Positions 8,731 to 16,609 of a stretch of 32,000 bases of DNA are shown piece after piece. The translations under genes were made by a program, and so were the position numbers. Source of the DNA: a bacterium (GTDB lineage Bacteria > UBP7 > UBA6624 > JBBIMK01); assembly GCA_037444445.1 (NCBI GenBank), contig JBBIMK010000009.1, positions 30,001 through 62,000 on the forward strand, in the 5' to 3' direction. Position 1 is the stretch's first letter, and every line of letters begins with the position of its first letter. A model generated the notes under the pieces. It was not told the DNA's origin. It saw only the letters and a list, made by a program, of their open reading frames with translations, and did not search any database.

Positions 8731-9366
8731 GTCCTTCCAGTTACCTCTGGTTTCCCACTCATATTCCAGAATTTGAATGGTTGCTCCTTCCTTCTGAAAG
8801 GTTTTCAGCAGGCGGAAGTTCCACTCGGCCGCCGCCAGCACCGGATTCCCCTGCCAGGGCTCCTGATAGGAAAATCCATAATGGGGATGATAGGTGAGCA
8901 TCATCAACCGATACCCGGGGTATCGGATGGGACGAGGAACCACCAGCCCCAGCAAATCCACCACTTCGCAGTCGCAGTAATACCCTAAATACCCGATGTC
9001 TGTGGAAGAAACGGAAATGGGGGGCTGACCATTCTCCTTCAGCCACTCCGCCGCTTCCTTCTTCAATTCACTCTTCGTTTTGTGTTCCTGAAGTTCATCC
9101 CACAGCCCGGCGGAATGCTCCAGAAAAGACGGAAGCAAGGCAATGCCAGCCAAAACAAGCCCGAATCCAGCCGCTGGCTTCCATTTCCCCAGCCATTGCC
9201 ATACTTTCCCTGTTCCGATACTCACCAGCAAAAGATAAATCGGATAGATGGACATAAAGTACCACGGCGCTATGAGAGCGTGGGTGATGGAGAAAAACAC
9301 TAAAAAAGTCCAGTGCCACACCATCAGCAACAGCCCTTCATTTCTTCTCGCCACGATAGAATACAT
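8713..9366 (-). CDS. C-terminal fragment of a GT-C-like membrane glycosyltransferase (same gene as 9455..10306, displaced by one frame)
   Basis: 217-aa ORF from its first ATG. The same frame is open upstream to 9504 (..GGYDVFGYFFFYNPFIHTLAPLKIFLFPFYLFGMYSIVARR..). It therefore runs across the G8 tract where the upstream ORF terminates. TM helices are followed by a soluble tail. Confidence 0.7.
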   Translation of the reverse strand: MYSIVARRNEGLLLMVWHWTFLVFFSITHALIAPWYFMSIYPIYLLLVSIGTGKVWQWLGKWKPAAGFGLVLAGIALLPSFLEHSAGLWDELQEHKTKSELKKEAAEWLKENGQPPISVSSTDIGYLGYYCDCEVVDLLGLVVPRPIRYPGYRLMMLTYHPHYGFSYQEPWQGNPVLAAAEWNFRLLKTFQKEGATIQILEYEWETRGNWKDLTQGF

Positions 9367-9454
9367 CCCGAACAGGTAAAAGGGGAAGAGAAAAATTTTC
9401 AGTGGAGCCAGCGTGTGAATAAAGGGGTTATAAAAGAAAAAATAACCGAAAACA

Positions 9455-10306
9455 TCATACCCCCCCCTGTGGGTGAATGAAATACTGGGACAGAAGCGAG
9501 GTATCTAAAGACCCCATCGCCCCCATCTTCAATCTCCAGATAACATCCGATAAGTCCTTTTTCGCAAGGAGAGGCTCCGGCAGGAGAACTCCATAATATC
9601 CATAAATCAAAAGGGCAGTCAGAAATGAAAAAAGCCCCAAAAATAGCAGGGTTTTCATTCCCCTTTTCCAGTTTTGATAAAAAAGAAACAGGATTGCCGA
9701 GGCATCGTAAAATATGGCTTCCGGTCGTGTGAGAACCATTGTCAGCATCACTAAAGACAGGTTGAAAGGCTCTGCCTTCTTCCTCATAAGAACGAGAAGC
9801 AGGAAAAACAAAAAGTGAAAAAGTGGCGTTTCCATCCCCGAGGCTTCAAAAATATGAAAGAAGGGATTCCAGGTGAAAAAAAGGAGGGCAATGGTGGCTG
9901 TGCCTCTTCCCCATTCTTCTTTCACAAAAAAATAGAGGAGGATACAGGTGAATAGAAAAAAAAGCCAGTTCAGGAGGTAAGCCGAAAGAATTCCTTCTAC
10001 CCCGATAGAAATCAGTCCAGCGTTCAACAGCATAAAAAGGGGTGCAGAGGTTCCGAAAATCCGCATCCCCGGATTGAACACCGCCCCCAGCCCATCCGCC
10101 AGGTTCCGGGCATATCGCAGGGTGATCAGAGCATCGTCCGTGGGATATTGAACCAGAACATACGCCAGCAAACGAAGAACCGCACCCGTAAGAATCAGCA
10201 GGATTGCCGTCTTCTCTGTTTTCCAGTATTTCTTTACCTGACGAGTGATTATTTTTCTGCCTGTGCAAATATAAGAAAAACCTGCTATGTGGAAGAGCAC
10301 ACCCAT
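9455..10306 (-). CDS. N-terminal fragment of a GT-C-like (PMT/ArnT-type) polytopic membrane glycosyltransferase
   Basis: 283 aa with multiple TM helices. An acidic first-loop motif, YPTDDALITLRYARNLADGLGAVFNPG, resembles the DD/DxD loop-1 motif of GT-C enzymes. The ORF ends ..IHPQGGV-TGA immediately after a G8 run. The family call is by motif memory only. No SD precedes ATG 10306. Confidence 0.6.
   Translation of the reverse strand: MGVLFHIAGFSYICTGRKIITRQVKKYWKTEKTAILLILTGAVLRLLAYVLVQYPTDDALITLRYARNLADGLGAVFNPGMRIFGTSAPLFMLLNAGLISIGVEGILSAYLLNWLFFLFTCILLYFFVKEEWGRGTATIALLFFTWNPFFHIFEASGMETPLFHFLFFLLLVLMRKKAEPFNLSLVMLTMVLTRPEAIFYDASAILFLFYQNWKRGMKTLLFLGLFSFLTALLIYGYYGVLLPEPLLAKKDLSDVIWRLKMGAMGSLDTSLLSQYFIHPQGGV
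9460..9467 (-). repeat. Homopolymeric G8 (C8 on the plus strand) at the frameshift point of the split glycosyltransferase gene
   Basis: Read directly: atac-cccccccc-tgt on the plus strand. Removing one G joins ..FIHPQGG to YDVFGYFFF.. and yields one ORF of about 530 aa (10306..8713). Confidence 0.9.
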
Positions 10307-10343
10307 ATGCAGTTCAGGAGGTAAAATGTGTCGGGAAGTGGAT

Positions 10344-11465
10344 TTATTCTTCTAAACCGGCGATCCCGCCTTTGAACTCGGTTCGTGCTTTCCTCAACGA
10401 GCGCTGGCGGACGAAAAGTTTGAAATCGTGTGGGCTGGAAGCCGCATTTAATGCGGTCTCATAGGTGATTTTCCCCTCCGTATATAACTGATACAGGTGC
10501 TGGTCAAAAGTCTGCATCCCCTCAAACTCATCCTCTTCCATAGCCTGGCGGATGAGGGAAAGGTCTTCCCCTTCCTGAATCAATTCTCGGATTCTTGCCG
10601 TGGCGACCATAATTTCCATAGCGGGGATGCGTCCCCCTCCCACCATAGGCAGTAGTCGCTGGCAGAGAATGCTCTCCAGGGTAGTGGCAAGCATTATCCG
10701 AATCTGGTTCTGAAACTCTGGTGGGAAGTATTCCACAATCCGGTTCAAAGTTTGAACCACATCCATCGTGTGGAGTGTGGTCATCACCAATCTCCCGGTG
10801 ATGGCCGCCGTGATAGCCGCCATAATGCTTTCCCGGTCCCGCATCTCTCCAATCATAATGGCATCCGGGTCCTCCCGCAGAATGGTGCGGAGAGCGGAAG
10901 CAAAGTCCGAGGTGTCCAGCCCCACTTCCCGCTGGTTGATGATAGCCTTTTTATCGTAGAACACATACTCAATGGGGTCTTCCACACAGATGATGTGATA
11001 CGGCTTGTGAAGATTGATGTGCTCAATCATAGTGGCGAGAGTGGTGGACTTCCCGCTTCCCGTGGTTCCAGTAACAATAATCAGCCCCCGGGGTCGCAGA
11101 GAGAGCTGCGCCAGCAGGGGGGGAAGGTTGATCTCTTCAAAGGTGGGGATGCGAGTTTTCACATGGCGAATAGCAAAGGCGAGGGTTCCTCTCTGGCGGA
11201 AGAAGTTCACTCGGAAGCGCCCCTCAATATCCGGCGCCCGATAGGAGAAGTCCAGTTCATCCCGCTCTTCCAGGAGATGTTCCCGCTTGGCAGTCAGGAG
11301 GGTTCGCCCCGCCGCTTCCAGGTCCTCTTCCGTCAGGATAGGCAGGTCCGTAGGTTCCAGAATCCCATCAATCCGAAGATAGGGAGGGCGTTCAAACCCC
11401 AGATGAAGGTCTGATGCCCCCCGCTCCACCATCATTCGGAGCAAATCTCTGATGTCTATCGGCAT
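10344..11465 (-). CDS. PilT/PilU-family hexameric ATPase, divergent second copy
   Basis: 373 aa: GASDLHL, Walker A GTTGSGKSTTLA, Asp box CVEDPIEY, Walker B AIMIGEMRD, His box TTLHT. The PilT AIRNLIRE helix is degenerate (ARIRELIQE). There is a C-terminal extension of about 30 aa. Confidence 0.88.
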   Translation of the reverse strand: MPIDIRDLLRMMVERGASDLHLGFERPPYLRIDGILEPTDLPILTEEDLEAAGRTLLTAKREHLLEERDELDFSYRAPDIEGRFRVNFFRQRGTLAFAIRHVKTRIPTFEEINLPPLLAQLSLRPRGLIIVTGTTGSGKSTTLATMIEHINLHKPYHIICVEDPIEYVFYDKKAIINQREVGLDTSDFASALRTILREDPDAIMIGEMRDRESIMAAITAAITGRLVMTTLHTMDVVQTLNRIVEYFPPEFQNQIRIMLATTLESILCQRLLPMVGGGRIPAMEIMVATARIRELIQEGEDLSLIRQAMEEDEFEGMQTFDQHLYQLYTEGKITYETALNAASSPHDFKLFVRQRSLRKARTEFKGGIAGLEE

Positions 11466-11511
11466 TCCTCATCGCCCCCTTTGCGTTTCATCTTCATTTT
11501 AATTATACTCT

Positions 11512-11555
11512 ATTTATAAAAATCAGGGGGGTCTCCTTCAGGAGGAGACCCCCCC
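11512..11555 (-). terminator. Rho-independent terminator after the last pilin gene
   Basis: The minus strand reads GGGGGGTCTCCT-cctga-AGGAGACCCCCC (12-bp perfect stem, 5-nt loop) followed by TGATTTTTATAAATA. It lies 40 nt downstream of the stop at 11595. Confidence 0.8.
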
Positions 11556-11594
11556 ATTATACGGGCGCCCCACAGAATTGGAAATGAACTTTCT

Positions 11595-12689
11595 TTACTG
11601 TTCTACGGTGCCGCCGGTGGCTTGCTCGGTTCCAGCGGAGTAGTAAACCACGACGCCGTCATAACGACCATCCTGGTTGGGTGTGCTCACATCCGTGGCT
11701 CGGGCAACCCCTGGTGCAGGAACAAAGGCCACATTGGGTATCTCCGCCACGCCCAGGAGTGTGCCCTGAGAGCTCACTCCACCATAGCCCGGCTCATTTA
11801 ACCAAATCGAGCCCGGGATAAAAGCGTTAGGATTCTGACGGCATCCGAACCTGTCTACCACCGTGCCTGACAGGGTGCCAAACTCTGTGGGCAGACCGTT
11901 TAGTCCACCGTTTGGATTTCGTGTCCCCCAGCAGTGCAGGACATCCTTCCCCACAGTGCGGACCGAGCCATACCCAGCCAGCAGGAAGTGGTCAATAGAG
12001 AATGGCCTCATAATGCCTCCGGTGGTGCCTAACTGGCGGATAATCCCCGGCGTTACCCCGTAAGCCCGATAGGCGAACTCACCCGGAATCCAGTCCACCG
12101 TCTGGGTGTTATCATCCCCCATGAAGTAGTAAATTACCTGCTGTTGACCAGTGGCTAAAGGGTTATCACTGGGTAACGGACTCAGGGTGCCGCACTGGGA
12201 AGTCTGGGTATTGCAGTTGTTGGTGTCTCGTCCGGGGTAATTCGGGTCCGATAGAATGTTACCCAGAAGATCGCCGCCTTGTGGCCGCGGGGGTAAGCCC
12301 GCTCTCCACCAGCAGCCGAAGCGCGGGTCCAGGTTGGTCCGAATGCAGAGAGAGCTTCCGTCCTTCATAAATGGATTCCGATGGTAAGAAGTTTGATACC
12401 CGTAGAAAATTAAGGGGTCCATGGGCTGTGCAGTAGCGAGAGCAGCCCACCCTTGCCCATTGGTCCAGGAAGCCACATCCCCACCGTAAATATAGTTCGG
12501 ATATAGGCCATCCTGATCCGTGGCGTATCGCTCCAGGGATATCTGGATGGCGTGGACGGAGGACTTGGTTTGCACCTCCAGCGCCTTGTCCTTCGCCTTG
12601 ATGAAGTTGGGAAGGGCAAGGGAAACCAGTATCCCGATGATGGTGATGACCACCAATAACTCAATGAGGGTAAACCCTCTACGAATCAT
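11595..12689 (-). CDS. Large type IV pilin / GspG-like prepilin (364 aa, 6 Cys)
   Basis: Class III signal peptide MIRRG|FTLIELLVV with Glu at +5. A GspG-like helix follows: LPNFIKAKDKALEVQTKSSVHAIQISLERYATDQDGLYP. The globular part is about 300 aa. SD GGAGGTG lies 5 nt upstream. Confidence 0.85.
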   Translation of the reverse strand: MIRRGFTLIELLVVITIIGILVSLALPNFIKAKDKALEVQTKSSVHAIQISLERYATDQDGLYPNYIYGGDVASWTNGQGWAALATAQPMDPLIFYGYQTSYHRNPFMKDGSSLCIRTNLDPRFGCWWRAGLPPRPQGGDLLGNILSDPNYPGRDTNNCNTQTSQCGTLSPLPSDNPLATGQQQVIYYFMGDDNTQTVDWIPGEFAYRAYGVTPGIIRQLGTTGGIMRPFSIDHFLLAGYGSVRTVGKDVLHCWGTRNPNGGLNGLPTEFGTLSGTVVDRFGCRQNPNAFIPGSIWLNEPGYGGVSSQGTLLGVAEIPNVAFVPAPGVARATDVSTPNQDGRYDGVVVYYSAGTEQATGGTVEQ

Positions 12690-12822
12690 AAAAACACCTC
12701 CTTTTTTCCGTCAGGGAGAAAAGGAAGCCCGCTTTTTCAGGGAGAACCCTGTGGGGCGCCCTTTCTTTTTTATCTCTCTTCAATGCAGGCTTCCCTTCCT
12801 CTCTGCACGGAATTTTTATTCC

Positions 12823-13992
12823 TTACTTCAGTTCCCGTTTGGGCTCCTTATCCAATCCACCGTAAACCAGGGTGATAATTTGGTCAGGCGTGCCATCAGG
12901 GCCACTTCCACTGGGTCCCACCTCATCTCCAGGCTTCAGGGGCGTAATGGTATAGGTGCACTGCCAGGTACTTGGCGGGACTTTGTAGAAGGGGACATTC
13001 ATCGGGTCTGGCTCAAAGGAGAAATATCCCGTGAGAAACCCGTGAGCACCGCCGAAGGAGGTCCAACACCAACCCCCCGCACCCGGTGGTTCACAGCAGG
13101 AGCGGTGCATATAATCGTAGCCCAGGGTTTTGATAGAGCCGAAGCCCACGAGAACATATCCGCAGACGGCGTGGGAAAGGATTCGGGCCGCCGGTAGGCT
13201 ACCCGTGTTGTTCAAGGCTTCCAGATGGGCATCCACGGTCTCACCGTCGCAGAAAACCGGGTGATAAAAGAACTGACCCGGCACATCCATGCTCGGAGGA
13301 CCATACTGCTGACGATAGCCGGACATGTCATTTGCCCACAAATCCGTCCACACCGATTCGCCTTTCCCCCAGCCGAGGTCGAACATAAGGTTGCCATATC
13401 TGCCTCCCACGGCGTAACCAGGGCTGTAGAGTTGAACATAAGGGGACCCCGCAGCCCAGACGCTGTTGATGTTTGGCGGTATGAACGGATTCTTCGGATA
13501 CTCGCTCAGATAGCCGAACATCAACAGCATGTCCATGCAGACTTCCTTGCTCGGGGAGTTGGGACCCCGATACTCCGGAACTCTCTGCTTCAGGGTTCCC
13601 AGTTCAGGCAGACAGTAAGGCCGGTTGGTGTTGCAATCCACAAAGTCCGGCGGGTTTAGCCAACTGCCATCGTAATCCAGGAAGGCAGATTCACCGGCGT
13701 TCGTTCCCGGATTGCATCCGGAGGAACTAGCGTATGGTCCTCCGTCTGCACTGGCGATATTGAACTCCTGGTCACCTCCCGTGACTACCTGTGGATAGAG
13801 CCCCGCATTTTCCACAGCGTAGCGCTCCAGTGCCATCTGAATGATGTGGATGTTGGCTTTGATCTGCGTTTCCTTCGCCTTATCCCGCGCCCGTATATAG
13901 TTGGGTAAGGCGATAGAAACCAGAATTCCCAGAATCACCATAACCACCAGTAACTCAATAAGCGTGAAACCTCGAATCATTCGGGATTTCAC
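12823..13992 (-). CDS. Large type IV pilin / GspG-like prepilin (389 aa, 10 Cys)
   Basis: MKSRMIRG|FTLIELLVVMVILGILVSIALPNYIRARDKAKETQIKANIHIIQMALERYAVENAGLYP. GTG start at 13992 lies 7 nt after GGAGGTG (14006..14000). Confidence 0.85.
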   Translation of the reverse strand: MKSRMIRGFTLIELLVVMVILGILVSIALPNYIRARDKAKETQIKANIHIIQMALERYAVENAGLYPQVVTGGDQEFNIASADGGPYASSSGCNPGTNAGESAFLDYDGSWLNPPDFVDCNTNRPYCLPELGTLKQRVPEYRGPNSPSKEVCMDMLLMFGYLSEYPKNPFIPPNINSVWAAGSPYVQLYSPGYAVGGRYGNLMFDLGWGKGESVWTDLWANDMSGYRQQYGPPSMDVPGQFFYHPVFCDGETVDAHLEALNNTGSLPAARILSHAVCGYVLVGFGSIKTLGYDYMHRSCCEPPGAGGWCWTSFGGAHGFLTGYFSFEPDPMNVPFYKVPPSTWQCTYTITPLKPGDEVGPSGSGPDGTPDQIITLVYGGLDKEPKRELK

Positions 13993-14086
13993 CGCGTATC
14001 ACCTCCTTTCAGATTCTTGTTGTTCTCTTTCATTTTTTGGGTTCCTTCGTTTTACCGCCTTTCATCCTCGGATAACGAAGTAGCCT

Positions 14087-15226
14087 TTACGGCGGTGGCC
14101 CCTGACCTGAGGCTTCGCATCCGGGCTTCCGGGTGTCCATGAGCACCTTCACATCCACGCCGGAGGAGAGAACGGTGATGACACCGTCTGGCAACCCGTC
14201 AGGACCGTTATACACGCAGTAAGCATCGCGTGCGGAGGCATAGTTCAAGTCCCCCGGTTCCAGTTTGCAATCCCCCTCCGCATCATCACAGGCGAGAGTG
14301 CTCTCTGCGTAATCGCCCAGGACATCATAGACATCGTGCCCGCGATTCCAGCTAGCACCATAGCCTGCCAGATGATAGCCCACCACCTTTGCCTGCATAA
14401 AGAACCCTGTCCAGACATAATTCGAGTCTGGCTGTATGGGGTAGTAGTAGAAGTTGCCCGGTAGGTAATTGTGGAGGATTTTGTTGGAGGTTTGAGCCTG
14501 GGCGGGGTCGCAGCCGGGGCTCCCTAACTTGCATCGGATGGAATAGGGTGGGTGCCCTGCCCAGCCTCGGGCGGTAACGGTAAGCCCTGATACAGTATTA
14601 TTCAATTGCCCCCCGCGCTGGCAAGCGCCTTTGCCTAACCCATAAGCCCCGGAAGGACCGCAGATGGCTCCGTAAACCCCCTCGCTGACATCCCACATAA
14701 AGGAGTTGGTAGGTCCGCCCACATGTCGACAAGAGGCGTCGTCGGCTGATTGACACCGATTGTTGGGGAAAACCGTGCTGTAGTTGCAGAACACATCGGC
14801 GTTGCCCCCCATGTTATTTGGCCAGCGCGGGTGTGGACACTCCCGCACCTGAAACTGGATTCCGGTGCCCGCCGCTGACATAAAGGGATTGTTAGGGTAC
14901 CGATTGAGGTAGCCGTATTCCATGAGTGGGTCCCCATCCCCGCAGGGCTGGCTGATCCTCGGGCAGTATATCGGGGCAAAGGGGGAAGCATTCCAGTCGT
15001 CGTAATTCCCCCCCAACAGCCACTTGGGAAAGGCCCCGTCATTATCCGAAGCATACCGTTCCAGCGCAGTGCGGATAATGTGCAGGTTCGCCTCCACCTG
15101 CTTCTCTCGCGCTTTGTCCCGCACCCTCGTGTAGTTGGGCAACGCAATGGCCACCAGTATCCCGATGATGACCATGACCACCAGTAACTCAATCAGTGTG
15201 AATCCACGAATCATTCGGGATTTCAC
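14087..15226 (-). CDS. Large type IV pilin / GspG-like prepilin (379 aa, 14 Cys)
   Basis: MKSRMIRG|FTLIELLVVMVIIGILVAIALPNYTRVRDKAREKQVEANLHIIRTALERYASDNDGAFP. GTG start at 15226 lies 7 nt after GGAGGTG (15240..15234). The leader is identical to that of the 12823..13992 paralogue. Confidence 0.85.
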   Translation of the reverse strand: MKSRMIRGFTLIELLVVMVIIGILVAIALPNYTRVRDKAREKQVEANLHIIRTALERYASDNDGAFPKWLLGGNYDDWNASPFAPIYCPRISQPCGDGDPLMEYGYLNRYPNNPFMSAAGTGIQFQVRECPHPRWPNNMGGNADVFCNYSTVFPNNRCQSADDASCRHVGGPTNSFMWDVSEGVYGAICGPSGAYGLGKGACQRGGQLNNTVSGLTVTARGWAGHPPYSIRCKLGSPGCDPAQAQTSNKILHNYLPGNFYYYPIQPDSNYVWTGFFMQAKVVGYHLAGYGASWNRGHDVYDVLGDYAESTLACDDAEGDCKLEPGDLNYASARDAYCVYNGPDGLPDGVITVLSSGVDVKVLMDTRKPGCEASGQGPPP

Positions 15227-15290
15227 CTGATATCACCTCCTTTGAATTGGATTTGAAAGTGTTTCCGGTTCTTTTTCATTTTTTCATCCC

Positions 15291-16514
15291 TTATTTGAAC
15301 AGGTCAATGATGTGGAAAATGGGGAGGTACAGGGCGATGACAATCGTTCCCACCACGGCGCCAATGACAAGAATCATCACGGGCTCAATCAGGCTGGCAA
15401 GCCCTTTGATGGTGGCATCAATCTCCACATCGTAGAAATCGGACAGTTTATACAGCATATCCTCCAGGTTTCCCGCCTCTTCGCCTACGGCCACCATGTG
15501 GTAGACCATAGGGGGGAAAATCCCGGTTCGCTTCATCGCAGGTGCAATCCCTTCCCCTTCTCGCACCCGGTCCCGAATGTAGTGCACACTCTGAGTGACC
15601 ACATAGTTATCGGCGGTATCCGAAACCACTTCCAGTGCCTCCAGGATTGGTACCCCACTCTGGGTGAGTGTGCCTAAGGTTCTGGAAAAACGAGTGATAG
15701 CCACTTTCTTGGACAGAGGACCCAGAATCGGAAGACGGATGAAAAGAGGGTCCAGCAAGCGATGCCCCCACCGACTCTTCCGAAACCGCCAGAAAATCAT
15801 CACTCCCACAAAAGGAGATGGAAGCACCCACCACCAGTTTAAGACGATAAAGTCGGAAATTTCTACCAGCTTCTGCGTGAGCGCTGGAAGAGGCACATTC
15901 CCGGAAGAAAGGCTCTCATACAGGCTGGCAAACTGTGGCACGATGTAAATTAAAATCCCCATCGTAATCAGGAATGCAATCACGGTAACGAAGGAAGGGT
16001 AAGCCATGGCGGAGCGAATCTTATGCCGCAAATCCAGTTCCTTCTCAAAGAACATGGCCATACGCTCCAGAATGGCTTCCAGAACGCCACCGATTTCCCC
16101 CGCATGCACCATACTTACGAAGAAGTTAGAGAACGAACGGGGGTGCTTCTTCATGGCTCTCGCCAGGGTTTCTCCGCTCTCCACATCCAGCCGCAACTGA
16201 TGCACAATCCGCTTCAGGTTGGTGTCCTGGGTCTGCTCCTCTATCACATCCAGGGCGTTGGCAAGGGTAAGACCCGCCGAAATCAAAAGGGAGAACTGAC
16301 GGGAAAAAACGGTGAGGGACTTTAATCCGACACCACGGAAGCGACCCATGAAAGCCCCCGCACTCCTTCCCCCTTTCTTTTCCCGAATGCGAACCACCCA
16401 GTATCCCTGGCGGCGCAGTGCATCCACCACCGTCTGGGGATTATCCGCCTCCATTACCCGCGAGAAGGTCTTCCCCCCCGCTCCCCTCGCAGTAAATACA
16501 AATGTCTTCGCCAT
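15291..16514 (-). CDS. pilC: Type IV pilus platform protein PilC (GspF family)
   Basis: 407 aa with two GspF-type repeats (FSRQFSLLISAGLTLANAL.. and FSRTLGTLTQSGVPILEAL..), three TM segments, and the typical N-terminus F.F.ARG..GK...G...A......V...LR..G. SD GAGGG lies 7 nt upstream. Confidence 0.93.
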   Translation of the reverse strand: MAKTFVFTARGAGGKTFSRVMEADNPQTVVDALRRQGYWVVRIREKKGGRSAGAFMGRFRGVGLKSLTVFSRQFSLLISAGLTLANALDVIEEQTQDTNLKRIVHQLRLDVESGETLARAMKKHPRSFSNFFVSMVHAGEIGGVLEAILERMAMFFEKELDLRHKIRSAMAYPSFVTVIAFLITMGILIYIVPQFASLYESLSSGNVPLPALTQKLVEISDFIVLNWWWVLPSPFVGVMIFWRFRKSRWGHRLLDPLFIRLPILGPLSKKVAITRFSRTLGTLTQSGVPILEALEVVSDTADNYVVTQSVHYIRDRVREGEGIAPAMKRTGIFPPMVYHMVAVGEEAGNLEDMLYKLSDFYDVEIDATIKGLASLIEPVMILVIGAVVGTIVIALYLPIFHIIDLFK

Positions 16515-16536
16515 TTCTTATCCCTCAGGCAATTTT

Positions 16537-16565
16537 ATATTACCACAGGCAAAAAAACTTGTCAA
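16537..16565 (-). promoter_or_regulatory. Sigma70-type promoter upstream of pilC (TTGACA-N17-TGgTAATAT)
   Basis: The minus strand reads TTGACA (16565..16560), a 17-nt spacer ending in TGG, then TAATAT (16542..16537). It sits in the 95-nt gap between pilT and pilC, about 22 nt before the pilC ATG. Confidence 0.6.
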
Positions 16566-16609
16566 GTGGGGGGGAGGAAAAAGGGGTAAAAAGATGGAAA
16601 TGTGCGTAT

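Noticed and set aside
10752-11414. 220-aa plus-strand ORF antisense to the second pilT-like gene, and similar ORFs antisense to pilT (17042..17476), pilB (17987..18649, 18840..19180) and GT4 (25609..26208)
   Set aside because: All are antisense shadows within well-supported ATPase or glycosyltransferase genes. They show no start-site signals and no motifs.
11502-11507. TATAAT hexamer 36 nt upstream of the second pilT-like gene as its promoter
   Set aside because: There is no -35 (the 17-18-nt upstream position falls in the G-run of the terminator stem) and no TG extension. The evidence is too weak to report as a feature, though the AT-rich context is compatible with a promoter.
11526-11554. 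G6...C7 perfect palindrome as a possible repeated (REP-like) element or recombination site
   Set aside because: It occurs only once in the window. It is followed by a T-run on the coding strand directly after a stop codon, so an intrinsic terminator explains it fully.
12410-12664. Same-strand alternative-frame ORFs starting MSYWWSS.SSGYW.. inside pilin1 (12410..12664) and pilin3 (14635..15192) that look like a conserved pair
   Set aside because: The similarity is simply the +1 frame of the nucleotide-conserved ELLVV..IGILV prepilin helix region. Both lie wholly inside the pilin frames and are Trp/Arg/Ser-rich nonsense.
12520-13197. 225-aa plus-strand ORF spanning the pilin1 5' end, the intergenic gap and the pilin2 3' end
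   Set aside because: It is antisense to two clearly real prepilin genes and crosses their SD and intergenic region. The product has no recognisable features.
11595-15226. Pilin antigenic-variation or diversity-generating system (silent cassettes, DGR template/variable repeats) around the three pilin paralogues
   Set aside because: No reverse transcriptase, no promoterless partial pilin copies and no near-identical TR/VR repeat pair are visible. Similarity is limited to the 5' ends, as expected for ordinary paralogues.
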